DNA from: Chrysomallon squamiferum
Taxonomy: Eukaryota; Animalia; Mollusca
Direction: 5' to 3'
DNA: 64,000 bases
NCBI GenBank assembly: GCA_012295275.1
Contig: CM022671.1
Span: 8,494,001-8,558,000, forward strand
Under the pieces are notes generated by a model, which was given only the letters and a program-made list of their open reading frames with translations, did not search any database and was not told the origin of the DNA. Positions 25,332 through 38,038 of this stretch are shown in pieces. Within the stretch, counting starts at the first letter, position 1. Each line of letters starts with the position of its first letter. The position numbers and the translations under genes were made by a program.

Positions 25332-27360
25332 TTACGGTGACTTTATGGGAGGCAATCTATTTCCTGTTTCTGAAGTCAGTGTAGAAGGTAATCCAACTTC
25401 TGCTCTTGAACTTAGTGATGGAGACAATGCATTTCCTGTTCCGGTTGGTGGTAATGTAGGTAATCCAACTTCTGCTCTTGAACTTAGTGATGGAGACAAT
25501 GCATTTCCTGTTCCGGTTGGTGGTAATGTAGGTAATCTGTTTCCTGTTCCGGTTGGTGGTAATGTAGGTAATCTATTTCCTGTTCCGGTTGGTGGTAATG
25601 TAGGTAATCTGTTTCCTGTTCCGGTTGGAGGTAATGTAGGTAATCTATTTCCTGTTCCGGTTGGAGGTAATGTAGGTAATCTGTTTCCTGTTCCGGTTGG
25701 TGGTAATGTAGGTAATCTATTTCCTGTTCCGATTGGTGGTAATGTAGGTAATCTGTTTCCTGTTCCGGTTGGTGGTAATGTAGGTACTCTATTTCCTGTT
25801 CCGGTTGGTGGTAATGTAGGTACTCTATTTCCTGTTCCGGTTGGTGGTATTGTAGGTAATCTATTTCCTGTTCCGATTGGTGGTAATAAAGGTAATCTAT
25901 TTCCTGTTCCGGTTGACGAAGGCAATCTATTGGATGAAGGTGAAGGTGTAGGAAGTCCACTTCTTGTATTTTGGTTATTGTCATGCACTCCAACCCTCTG
26001 AAAAACAATTTTGATAATGATGATGATAAAAGTGATATTTATGTATGTGTGTATTATGTATACACACACATATATATATATATTCGATGTATGAATGCCT
26101 GCCTATTTAACGGATTTCGAATTTAGATACCAATTTGTAGGTTAAATTTTAGGTAAATTTTTTAACTTTCTTTAGACACCTGACCTTAGGGTATAGAGGA
26201 ATGCATTTCAGTTTTAGTTTGGTAAAAGGCTTCTTCCATCATTTTAAAAGCCAGGCAACTTCGCGCTTTAAAAAACACTTTGCTAGTCATTCATTTTATT
26301 CAAGCACTAATGGAACTAGTATTATTGAGATGTGTCAGTACCACTTGTTGTCAGTACACTTACTGTCTTTTACTACAAGTAATTCTTACTTACGTTTTGT
26401 TTTCGATTGTGATACCGTATGCAAAACACTGTAACAAGAATAACCACAATGACTATGAGAATTATCATGCCTGCGATGATTCCTGCCAAAATCCCAGGAT
26501 CTAAACCAGCCGTCCCATCTGAAATAGTTTAAATGTTTGATTTTCTGACCACGTTTGGAACTGTGAAACGTGTTATATTTATATCAGTTAAGACAAAAGA
26601 CACATTCCAAGAAGAAAAGTATTTATATTATGTAGATTTAAAAATGTGTTAAAGCGCGTCGTTAAATAACATACCAATATTAACTATAAACTAAAAAACA
26701 ACTAAACTATAATTCTATGTACAGTCAAGTTATAAATTATACGAGTGAACGCCAAATTATATATATATGAATGATTAGCATGTCAATATAAACATATTAA
26801 TGAATTCACATTGACAGAACACACTTTTATTAATTAATTCTGAAACAAATCATTTTGTGAACGATCAGGTCCAATTTACAATGTACAAAACAACAAACAA
26901 TCAAATCAAATACACAGTTTTAATCATACCTGCGGTGTTTGTAGTAGATGTCTGGCTGGTGCTATCTATAGTAGATGTCTTGGTGGTGCTATCTATAGTA
27001 TCTGTGTCGGTGGCATCATCTGTAGTAGATGTCGCGGTGGTAGATGTTCTTTGGATTGTCATGCATGACGTCTGGTTAGTGACACCACACGTCAGGGTTA
27101 GGACAACACCAGGGGTTGTGGCTACGTTATCCAAGAGAATATGGAAAAGAGTAAAAACCATAAAATTGTATGTTTACTAACACACGTAGTCTGCAGTAAT
27201 ACGAAAATTCACTTATATGAATTTATATATACGTATATGTTTGCTAACTCATATATATGCACATATATAAACTTGTATGTTTGCTAACACACGAAGTGTG
27301 CAGTAATAGGAAAACTCACATATATAAATTTATATAAAAGAAAAAGCTAGGACACAGAAT

Positions 27361-27394
<34 letters not shown>

Positions 27395-28458
27395 GTGGTA
27401 GTAGCTGCAGTTATAGTAGTAGGAGTAGTAGTAGTAGTAGAAGTAGTAGCAACAGTAGTAGTAATAATAATACTGACGAAGACAATAATGATGATAATAA
27501 TAAGGATTATCATAATAAGAATTATTATATTTATACTAAATACTAATATAGGTGTTTGTACTGTATAGGTATGCACATATATCTCTGTGTGTGTGTGTGT
27601 GTAAGAGTGTGTTACATTCAGTATTTTAATTCAATTAATTCATAGGCTAACAAAGTAATTTATTACCATTTATCTGTATCCATATTTTTCCACCATTTAT
27701 TTTTGCATTATTAAGTCTGAGTTTAATCAAATTTGTAGAACTCTGATATATTTGTGTAATATTATATCCAGTGTTGTTACTGCAGGTGATATTTGTCACC
27801 TCGTTGCCGTCCTCAATTTCAAGTCCTTGCAGACATTGGAATGACAAGTCTATAGCGGTGATGACGATGTTGATGCCGCATGACGTAGACACTGTGCACT
27901 CTTGTAGAGAATTGTTGACATTTATGAGACCGGGATATTCTGTATTCAGTAAATAAACTTCTGTTCCAGTTAGCGATGTGTTGTTGTCTGAGAAACTTGC
28001 AGTCACGTTTTCTGAAACACAAATCTGGTCTTGTACATTTTATTTCCAAATTGCAAAAAGGAAATACAAAACAAAAAATAATATAATATAATATAATATA
28101 ATATAATATAATATAATATAATATAATATAATATAACGCACACAAATATTTAAACGCGCAAATAATATATGCTAGTAACTAATGTAGGTAATAAAATATC
28201 TTTCTGTCTGAATTTACTGACTGGTAAAATAATATTTACATTAATTTCCTTATATTATACACTTTGCTTAAAAAATATTGAAAATGTGAAGAATTTAGTT
28301 CACTATACTCAGAGGTAAGAGGTACATAATTTCCAGTGAACGTTTCACTACGTAAGAAAAGTAAAAGAAGACCAAGAAGATGTTTAAAAGGAGTTAAAAT
28401 TAAAAGATGGAAAAGCAAGAAATAATAATAATAAAAACAACATCTACTACTACTACAA

Positions 28459-28517
<59 letters not shown>

Positions 28518-29592
28518 GTAATAATAATAATAATAATAGTAATAATAATAATAAATAAATAAATAAATAAGCAAAGATAATGGTAGTAGTAGTAATAACA
28601 ACAACAATAGTAATATAATAATAATAATAATTAATAATTAATAATAATAATAGTAATAATAATAATAATAATGAAAACCATAATAATAGTAAAAGTAGAA
28701 GAAAAATGTAAAAATGCATCCTTGAATAAAACATAGCGTAACACCAAAAATATTATAATACCTAACAGATAAAAGATAATTCTAAGAAATAAGTTAATAT
28801 TAAAGATTGCACATGGACAGTTACGAAAACGTTGAAAACTGAATTATTTAAAAACTAAGATAAAAGTAAATATGTATAAAATTATTAATAAAGTTTTAAT
28901 AAAACAGAAGTAATAGCCCAACGCTGTGAATTTTGCAGTAAAAACAACAACATACCACTAATACAAAAGTATTCTAGCATCATGTACGTGGTGAAATTCC
29001 TTCCATATACATCACGTGGACAGCTGCTGGAAATTTCCTGTCGTGCTGCAGGCACAACCTCTGTTTGTTTTCCAGTGAATTCTTCGTAATAAGACAACAC
29101 GGATGACCCATTGTAAATGTCTTTACAATCAGATTCATTGAACTGGCAACAGTAATCAAGACTGCTGTTATTTACTGTCATCAACTCAGGACATCCTGTG
29201 CTCGATGGCTTTGTTAGAGCGTATTCTGTACCAATGACCATTCGTTCTTTATCACCACACATGGGTTTAAGTATGTTATCTCCGGCAGAACCATGACAGG
29301 CAGTTTCGGAGTATAATGTTCCAGGCAAAAGTTCTGTATAAACATGAATATAAAATATATTTTCATAAATATCATTATGCAAGTTTTCAAGTATGCTTGA
29401 TATATGTGTCTATGTATCTGTTTGTGTCTCTATATTTTTCTGTATAGACAGAGAAGAAGACTGACAATAAATGAATGAAAATACAATTAGCTTTTAATCC
29501 ATATCGGAATAAAAATTTCCTTGGAACTTACCTGTTTCTGAACATCGCAATGTGGCACCGACAAGAATTACAAAAAACAGCCAAGATTCCAT
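25332..29592 (-). CDS. Paralog B of the same receptor-like family, ~582-588 aa, longest Pro-rich tail
   Basis: Exons 29592-29532, 29333-28956, 28011-27667, 27121-26930, 26518 (or 26500)-26394 (TM: DPGILAGIIAGMIILIVIVVILVTVFCIRYHNRKQN), 25997-25332. All GT-AG with phases 1,1,1,1,0 as in A, open throughout. Confidence 0.85.
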
Positions 29593-32500
29593 TAGTGTTT
29601 GGTTTAACGGTAAAAATTAAAAAAACATGCAACAACAGGTACCAGTGTTGTTGTTTTAACACTGAGACAAAAACTACTAAAATAATGACATTTAACTGAT
29701 TCTTCAGTTTTAATATTTCCACAGATGTGTGAAACTGTCGTAATGCTAATGAGACTAAACCCAGACGTCTGTATATTCACACATTCTAGACCAATGGTTT
29801 AAGCTCTTTTCTTGGCAAGATTTCAAACTTCCTTCATGAGTTTTCGTGACTTTACTGTTGGGCTCCTTGACTGGGTCATTAGGATCAGAGGTATGCTGAG
29901 CCTTTCTGTCTGTGGAAAGGTGCAGGCAAAAGATCTCTTTTTGCTAATCAAGATAAAACAATGGAAAATATCTCCAATAAACAGTGTAGTGTTAATCAGA
30001 TAATAATGAAATATCAAACTGAAAAAAGAGGTCCACGTTTTGCTAAATCATAATTTTGAAAAGGTAATCACTTCGTTAACCTGTGAAATGTTATTATTGT
30101 CCTTCAGCTTTGCAGCTTGGAACACGCACGTTTACATTTATATGGTTGTTAAAATACTTTAAAAGAAATATTTATGTAAAATGATACCTTTATTGCTGAA
30201 TAATAAACCTATAAAGAGTAATATTGCATTTGTATATATGCTTGTTTTTATGTATGTGTGTGTATGTCTGTCTTTCGGCTTGTATGTTTGTGATAATGTA
30301 TAAACATCAACATATGTCTGTGTGTAGGTAAGAATAGTTGTGTGTGTGTGAACAAAAAGAACGGCGTCTGTAGTAATTGTCTGATTTTACAGCAGTATGA
30401 ATTTTTGACTTTTAGATCCTTTGAAAATAAAAATATCTCTTTGGAAGGTTTCAGAGTTTACTATCTACATCTGTTGTTAGAACTGTGTTGCTGTAAACCA
30501 AATCAATTGATTATTTCTGTTATGTGTCAAAGTCTCAGGGGTCTTCTGGAATATATGAAAAATATTTTATCTCAGATTTCACTGAAAATGTTGTCAATTA
30601 GAGTGCCGAAAATGATATATAGAAATACACTTGATCAAAATATTGCCTAAGTTTAGTTTTACTTGATTAACACTTTTTACGTAGTTTCATTCGAGTCATT
30701 GTTTCCGTCACAAATATTATTAGCAATTCTACAGTTTTACAAAGGCCGTCTTATGTGATATCGTGTGGAAAAAATAGAAAATAGAAAATAAATAAATAAT
30801 ATATTCTATACAGGATAATTTACCAATGATAAATAAATAAATAGATTTTTTAAATAAGTACGTAAATAAATAAATATATTAAATTAATTTTAAAAAGTTT
30901 TAATTTAAGTTATGACGATTAAAAACACATTTACTAAAAACATGTTTTTATTATTATCAAAAAGAAGTGTTTATGTGTGAAGTGTTTATCATATATATTT
31001 TTGTATTGTACTTCGAACCGATCTTAGGGTCTGTTCTATACAAAATGTCGTCCTGCTCTGATGATTGTTTCTTTGAAAGATTCTAGCTCGTAAATCTGAT
31101 GTCATCTGTATTGGTGATAGACAATAAACCAAGGTGTCAAATTTCACTGTAAACATGATTCACACTAACGAAAGGAGGAAGAACGTGATCAAGATATCGT
31201 TTTCACTTGATTAGGTGCCAACTTTTGTAATTGTAAAGGATCTATGTAGTGCATACTGAATGCACAAATAACCATATTATATCACATCATATTATAAAAT
31301 AAAATAAAATAAAAAATAAAGTAAAATAAAATAAAATGAAATGAAATGAAATAAAATAAATAAAATAATTTCTATAAAAGTCATATTGTCATAGCAATAT
31401 TTACCGTAATTACTGTTATAGCGTGTAATTTCAAAAATGTAAGTTAGTTCAAATTCGTGTATATAAAATTTTTATCAACCGCTTTATCGCAGCTGGCTAA
31501 TAAATCAATGGCGTAGTTCACTTCTATCAGTGTATTTCCATTCAGAAATGTGGTTACATCCACCGAACGTTCAAGCATGCCTGTACTGGACTCAGAATCC
31601 AACGAGTGTAAAGATTAATTCAGTTTTTGTAACGTTCGTGCTTGCACTTACTGTGTACGAGTTTGTTAAAATGTAACGTGGGTAGCAAGCGGCTAAAAAT
31701 ATCGACGAAGGCGTCAGAAATGACTCTAATGTGCAATAAGCGACAACTTCATTCATCTTTAGTGTGAGTAATTTGTTCATCTATTCGACACAATGAGCCA
31801 CGTGTCCGGCCACAGTGTTAACGGTCTATCATAGACAACATCACTGAAACGACGTCATGTCTGCGAACTGCTGAACAAATGAGAAAGGCGTTTTCGTTAA
31901 TGGTTAAGGCAGTATATAATGGAAATGATGACGATGACGCTGTTGGTGGTGATGATGATGATGATACTGGTGGAGTGTATACTGTAACGACATTAGTGAT
32001 AGAATTGAAATATAAAAATCATGTAAAATTGTATCAAGAAGAATTCATACACTTAAAACACAAATATACACAAGTCGTCACAGCGAGTATTAATTTAGAA
32101 ATTGTCATTTACATAGCCGCAAGATCGCCCGTGTGAAATTTTCACAAGTTTGTTATTTTGTAGAATGCGTCTATTTCTGACACCAGCAGTGCTTGAACCT
32201 ATTAATGAATAAATGGAAATTGTAACGGAAAATTCCAGCTGATTGTTACTATAAAATAATTAATTTATTGAGTGACAACTTGGGAATTCCGTATCGTCAT
32301 TTTGCGAATGTCTAAATATAGCCTTTTCAAAACGTATCTTCATTTATGTGAGGTTTGTGTGGAGTACAGTTTTTAAATAAACAGATAACATTATTTAAAA
32401 GATAAAATGAAAATTTTCTGAATCTTATTCGAAATGTTTTAACCTTTTAACACTACTGAGAGTCTGTCTGTGTGTATTTGATGAGTGTGAGTTTGTATGG

Positions 32501-33762
32501 GCTACAGAGACACATACGCACACACACACCTTCATACATACATAATATATATTATTATTATTTTATTTTTAACATTTTTATCGTGTCTTCACTGTACCGA
32601 AATAAATTTGAAATGAAGATCTCACGTTACTATTGCAAGTTCGTCTGCATAGGTAGACGAGGTCATCTAGACAACAGCTGGCTTTCTTTGACCCTGCGAT
32701 CTGCTATCAAATAGCAGTTATAATGGGAAGAACTGTTTAAGTGTGAAGTGTTTAATATATATATATATTTTGTATTGTATTCCGAACCGATCTTAGGGTG
32801 TAGTGTACAAAATTTTCTTCCTGCTCTTTTGATATTTTTGTATTAAAAAGCCTAGCTTATAAATCTTCTGTCATGTGTATTTCCGATCAACAATATACCG
32901 GGATGTTTCAAGTTTCAGTGTTAACACAATTCATCTTAACGTCAGAAGGAAGAACATTATCAACCAAAGATATTTTTACACTTGATTAGGTGCCAATTTG
33001 TCTGTTTGTAATTCGCCCGTAAACGATTTATGTAGTTTACACTGAATGCACTAACAACCATATTACATTATACCATATTATTAAATAAAATAAAATAAAA
33101 TAAAGTAAAATAAAATAAAATGATATGATATGAAATAAAATAAAATACATAAAATAATTTCTATAAAAGTCATATTGTCATAGCAATATTTACCGTACTT
33201 ACTGTTGTAGTGTGTAATTTCAAAATGTAATCTAGTTCAAATTCGTGTATATAAAATTTCTATCAACCGCTTTATCGCAGCTGGCTAACAAATCAATGTC
33301 AGAATCTCACTTCTATCAGTGTATTTCCATTCAGAAACGTGGTTACATCCACCAAACGTTCAAGCATGCCTGTACTGGACTCATAATCCAACGAGTGTGA
33401 AGATTAATTCAATGTTTGTATCGTTCGTGCTTGCACTTGCTGTGTACAAGTTTGTTAAAATGTAACTTGTGTAGCAGGCGGGTAAAGATATCGACGAAGG
33501 CGTTAGAAATTACTATAATGTGCAATGTCTCTAATGAAACTGGTAATCAAGTAAAACTATATTTTGATCAAGTGTATTTCTTCTCAGTGAAATATGATTT
33601 TAACAAACAACAGAAATAATCAATTGATTTGGACTAAAAAAAAGTCTAGTTATGGCCATGCTGTAACCGGTTTGAGTATCACTGCATTCATTACAGAACA
33701 ATGACTGAACAATGAAATAGAAATCGAGGAAAAACAATTATGACTTGACAACACGTAGACGC

Positions 33763-34270
33763 TCTACAAATTTGATTAAACTGAGACTTGATAATGGACA
33801 AATTAATGGTGGAAAAATATGGGTACAGATAAATGGTAATAAATTATTTTGTTAGTCTATGAATTAATTGAATAAATGAACTGAATGTAACGCACAGACA
33901 CACAAACACCACACTCACACGCATATATATTTATGCAAGCATACCCACTACACACATCTACATACATACATAAAAAACATATAGTAATACGTTTCAGCAA
34001 ACATGTAAGTTTATATATATGAGTGTTCATATTACTGCATACTACATGTGTTAGTAAACATATAAGTTTATTATCTTTGCTCTTTTCCATATTCTCTTGG
34101 ATAACGTAGCCACAACCCCTGGTGTTGTCCTAACCCTGACGTGTGGTGTCACTAACCAGATGACCCAAGCACCATGCATGACAATTGAAAAGGCGTCTAC
34201 CACCGCGACATCAACTACAGCCATCACCACCATAATGTCAGTAATACAAGCATGGAAGCAACTAAGTATG
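33763..34270 (+). pseudogene. Paralog F fragment (3' end of exon 3, intron, exon 4), inverted orientation
   Basis: 33763-33835 encodes STNLIKLRLDNGQINGGKIWVQIN. 34110 onward encodes ATTPGVVLTLTCGVTNQMTQAPC. It is fused directly to family 5'-flank sequence (33640-33760), so exons 1-2 are deleted. Confidence 0.75.
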
Positions 34271-34594
34271 GTTAAAGCTGGGTAATTCATTTGAATGTTG
34301 TTGGTGTGTTTTTTTTTGTGTTTTTTTTTTGTTGTTTTTTTTTTTGTTTTTTGTTGCTCTTTTAAAGTATTTAATTACTTAAATGTTTTTACCAGAGAAA
34401 TATTTTAAAAGCTTTCTATCTGTAATCTGCGAAATTTTCCAATGATCACCCTGCAGTCTTAATCAAACCTTCTCTCCACGAGCTTGTAATTACCACGTCC
34501 AGTTCTGGGTGATGACATTTCCAGCTTCATCGCTGTTACAAATTACAGAGACCCCGAGTGTCGTTCGTTAAACCAATCGATAAAAGAAAAAAAA

Positions 34595-34596
<2 letters not shown>

Positions 34597-34648
<52 letters not shown>
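34597..34648. repeat. (AG)n microsatellite
   Basis: Directly visible. Confidence 0.9.
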
Positions 34649-34653
<5 letters not shown>

Positions 34654-35031
34654 TAAAGAAAGTCTCGCCGAATCTCGAGGCCACGAGATCAACGTGTAAA
34701 AACTCCCGCCCTCTCTCCGGTGTTTCCTTCAATTGTTGAAGATAATACTGCAGAAGAGCTCTCTTGTCATTATGTTCAAACCGATCATTTTGAACGATTT
34801 CAAGTCACTAGTTCTGATTTTTCGCCGCTTGGCTCAAGAGTTTACACTCAACTTTTCACGAAGAGTAATCGCATCCTACTAATAGTCGGCTTAACTCGCT
34901 TTACAGTACTTGTTTCCTCATATTCGAGGTAATTTTCTTTTCTTCCAAAAGTTATGGAATATGTGCATTTTTCTCTAGGTTATAACACTGTATAAATAGT
35001 ACTATCTGGAAGTTGTTTAATGCAGTGTTCC

Positions 35032-35077
<46 letters not shown>

Positions 35078-35554
35078 ATTATTATTAGTAGTAGTAGTAG
35101 TAGTAGTAGCAGTAGTAGTAGTAGTAGTATAATCATAATTGTTCTTTACTTTAAAATGATTTCATACCTATCCAGATTCAGTGGTATTTACGAAATAGTT
35201 TATAGACCAAATGCAAACTCCAGTCTCGTTATTTTATCAAATGCATTGCAGAGTTGCATAACAAATCGAGATATTCTCTTGAATCAGGTGCACTTTCTAT
35301 TAAAAAATAAATAATTAAAGAAGAAGAAGAAAGAAATAATTAATTCAGAGAATTTAATAATAAATAGTAACAGACGTTTTGGTAATGTATCGGTGTCATT
35401 AAGTGTCATGATTTTACATTCGAAAGCCAGGAATCTTCAGATTCTGAAGTCGTGTAAAACAACCTGTATTAAGTTTCATGAATTTTGTTTCTTATTCTTT
35501 CCAGATCCTCTCTGTCAGTAGTTTGTTTTTTCATTGTTTTTGTTTTTTTAAATA

Positions 35555-35602
<48 letters not shown>

Positions 35603-36161
35603 GATAAGCTCATAATTCTCCTTTACTTTAAAAAGATTTCATAGCTATCCAGATTCAATGGTATTTACGAAATAGTTTATCGACCAAATGCAAACTCCAA
35701 TCTCAATATTTTATCAAATGCATTGCAGAGTTGCATAACAAATCGACAAAATGGACAGATTATTAACTATGACAATATCTGTTAAATGTCTGATGGTAAA
35801 CTTATAATCAAATATTTCGTTACATGCTGTTAACTCAATATCTGTGAATTGTGAAGTATATCTATCTATTTGCCTGTCTTATATATATATATATGACAGG
35901 GTAGATAGATATATAGATAGATAGACAGATAGATAGATAGATGGATAGATAGATAATATTATTGTTACCGTTATCATTTCATTTGATATGAACGTTGGTT
36001 TGTTGTTTGGTTGCCTATTACCAAATTAATTTAATTTGTTTTTTAATTCTGCATTATTGTTGTTATTAAATGTTTCTGATTATTTTTTCATTCTTTGTTT
36101 TAGTCGTTCCACCCCTTATAAATAATATTTTCTCATATTTTAACACTATCGTAAAGAAAAG

Positions 36162-36164
<3 letters not shown>

Positions 36165-36250
<86 letters not shown>
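36165..36250. repeat. (AG)n microsatellite
   Basis: Directly visible. Confidence 0.95.
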
Positions 36251-36253
<3 letters not shown>

Positions 36254-37553
36254 CAGATACAGATACAGATATAGATACAGAATCTTCGCAATTAATAAAA
36301 TCTGTTAATCCTAAACTGAGTTTATTGTTATTTAATTTAAGACTACATAGGTCGTTCTCACGGCATAAGCAGGATTTATCTGTATAATATATTGTTTTTA
36401 AATTGTGCAGAAAACTGTAAGATATTACTATTTCTGGTGCTTGTTAAATGTTACTGATTTTGGAATTTCGGATAATAGATCATCAGCCTATACATATTGC
36501 ATTGTATTGCATTACTTTGCATTGTGGTATATGCTCTACTATATTATATTATATCATGTTATATCATCATTATATTACATTACAGGGATAGCCTGAACAT
36601 AGAATAATTAATTAGTAACGTCAGTGATATATTTTCTTGATAGTAAGAATTGCTGACATAATATTAACACGATATGTAAAGTACAAAGCCATAACACCGC
36701 AAGAACGTGAATATCGAAAATCATGATTTCCAAACTGCCGAAAATTAATGAACCGTATTTACTATAAAAACAAGTCATAGTAATGTGGCAGTTAAATAAC
36801 TATTATATACTGGCGAAAAATTCCCTGTTCTGATAAAACGATGACATTATATATATTGTATGAGGCAACATGCCAGGTAATCACTTCGTTAATCTGTGAA
36901 ATGTTATTATTGCCCTTCAGCTTTGCAGCTCCTCGACACGCAAATCTTATATACATTTCATACTTCAAAATACTTCAAAACACTCCAAAAGAAACTCTTA
37001 CGTAAAATGACATAATAAGCCTATAAAGAGTAGTAATGTATTTGGATCGTACATTTAAAAAGCCTGCAATATGTCATTAATATACTCTATGTGCTTGTAC
37101 GTTTGTGATAATGTATACACATCAGTATATGCCTGTGCGTGTCTGAGTATGTGTGTGTGTATGTGTGTGTTATTTATCTTTATTATGGAAACAAAATGAA
37201 ACAATCGGATTCTCTATGAAATATTAAAAACCAAACAAAATTAAAGATCATATAAGCTTAGATGAATTAAATATAAAAAGAAAAATTGATACGTACCGCA
37301 AACATTAATAATAGTAGTAAATAGACCCAAATATATACACATATATTGTTATTTATTTACAATGATATCACATACGATTGAGAAAACTCTTTGTTCATAA
37401 CAATACACATTTGTAAAATTTCTAATGAGCTGTGAACATTAAATGGCTGATCAATATTTTAAAAATTCCATGTTCTTCATAGGTATTTTTCTTTTCCTTG
37501 AAGTTGAATGCAGTTTATTTCATGCCTTGATACTAGGTGACAAAACGTTTCAG

Positions 37554-37765
37554 TTACATTGTCTGTACGGGAGGCAGTCCATTTCGTGCTTCTGAATTCA
37601 GTATAGAAGGTAATCCAGCTCCTGCTCCGGAAGTTAGTGAGGGAGGCAATCCATTTCCTGTTCCGATTGGAGGTAATGTAGGTAATATAACATCTAATGT
37701 GGAAGGTAATCCATTTCCTATTCCTGTTAGGAAGGTGAAGATTTAGGAAATCCACTTTCTTTGTT
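37554..37765 (-). pseudogene. Relic extra copy of the Pro-rich terminal exon downstream of paralog C
   Basis: Translates ...GNGLPSTLDVILPTLPPIGTGNGLPPSLTSGAGAGLPSILNSEARNGLPPVQTM*, nearly identical to the end of paralog A. The 5' part is frameshifted and has no phase-0 acceptor. Confidence 0.65.
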
Positions 37766-37775
37766 AATAGAGGAG

Positions 37776-37818
<43 letters not shown>

Positions 37819-38038
37819 AATAATAACTTATTTTGTTATTTATTTACAGTGATATTAAATATGACTGAGAAAAATGTTTGTTCATAACTATATATACATT
37901 TCTCAGATTTCTATTGAGCTGTAAACACTATATGGATAAGCAAAATTTTAAAAAGGTCGAAGTATTTTTCTTTTCCTTGAAGTTCAATACAGTTTATTCC
38001 ATGCCTTAATATTAGGTAAAGGTGACAAACCATTTCAG

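Noticed and set aside
25315-26008. Overlapping ORFs (GGNVGNLFPVPV on +; DYLHYHQPEQE on -), also at 10346-10802
   Set aside because: These are shadow frames of a 36-bp repeat. The phase-0 junction from the TM exon selects the Pro-rich frame in all three paralogs.
36070-36387. ER/SL dipeptide ORFs (also 58129-58443)
   Set aside because: (AG)n microsatellite translations.
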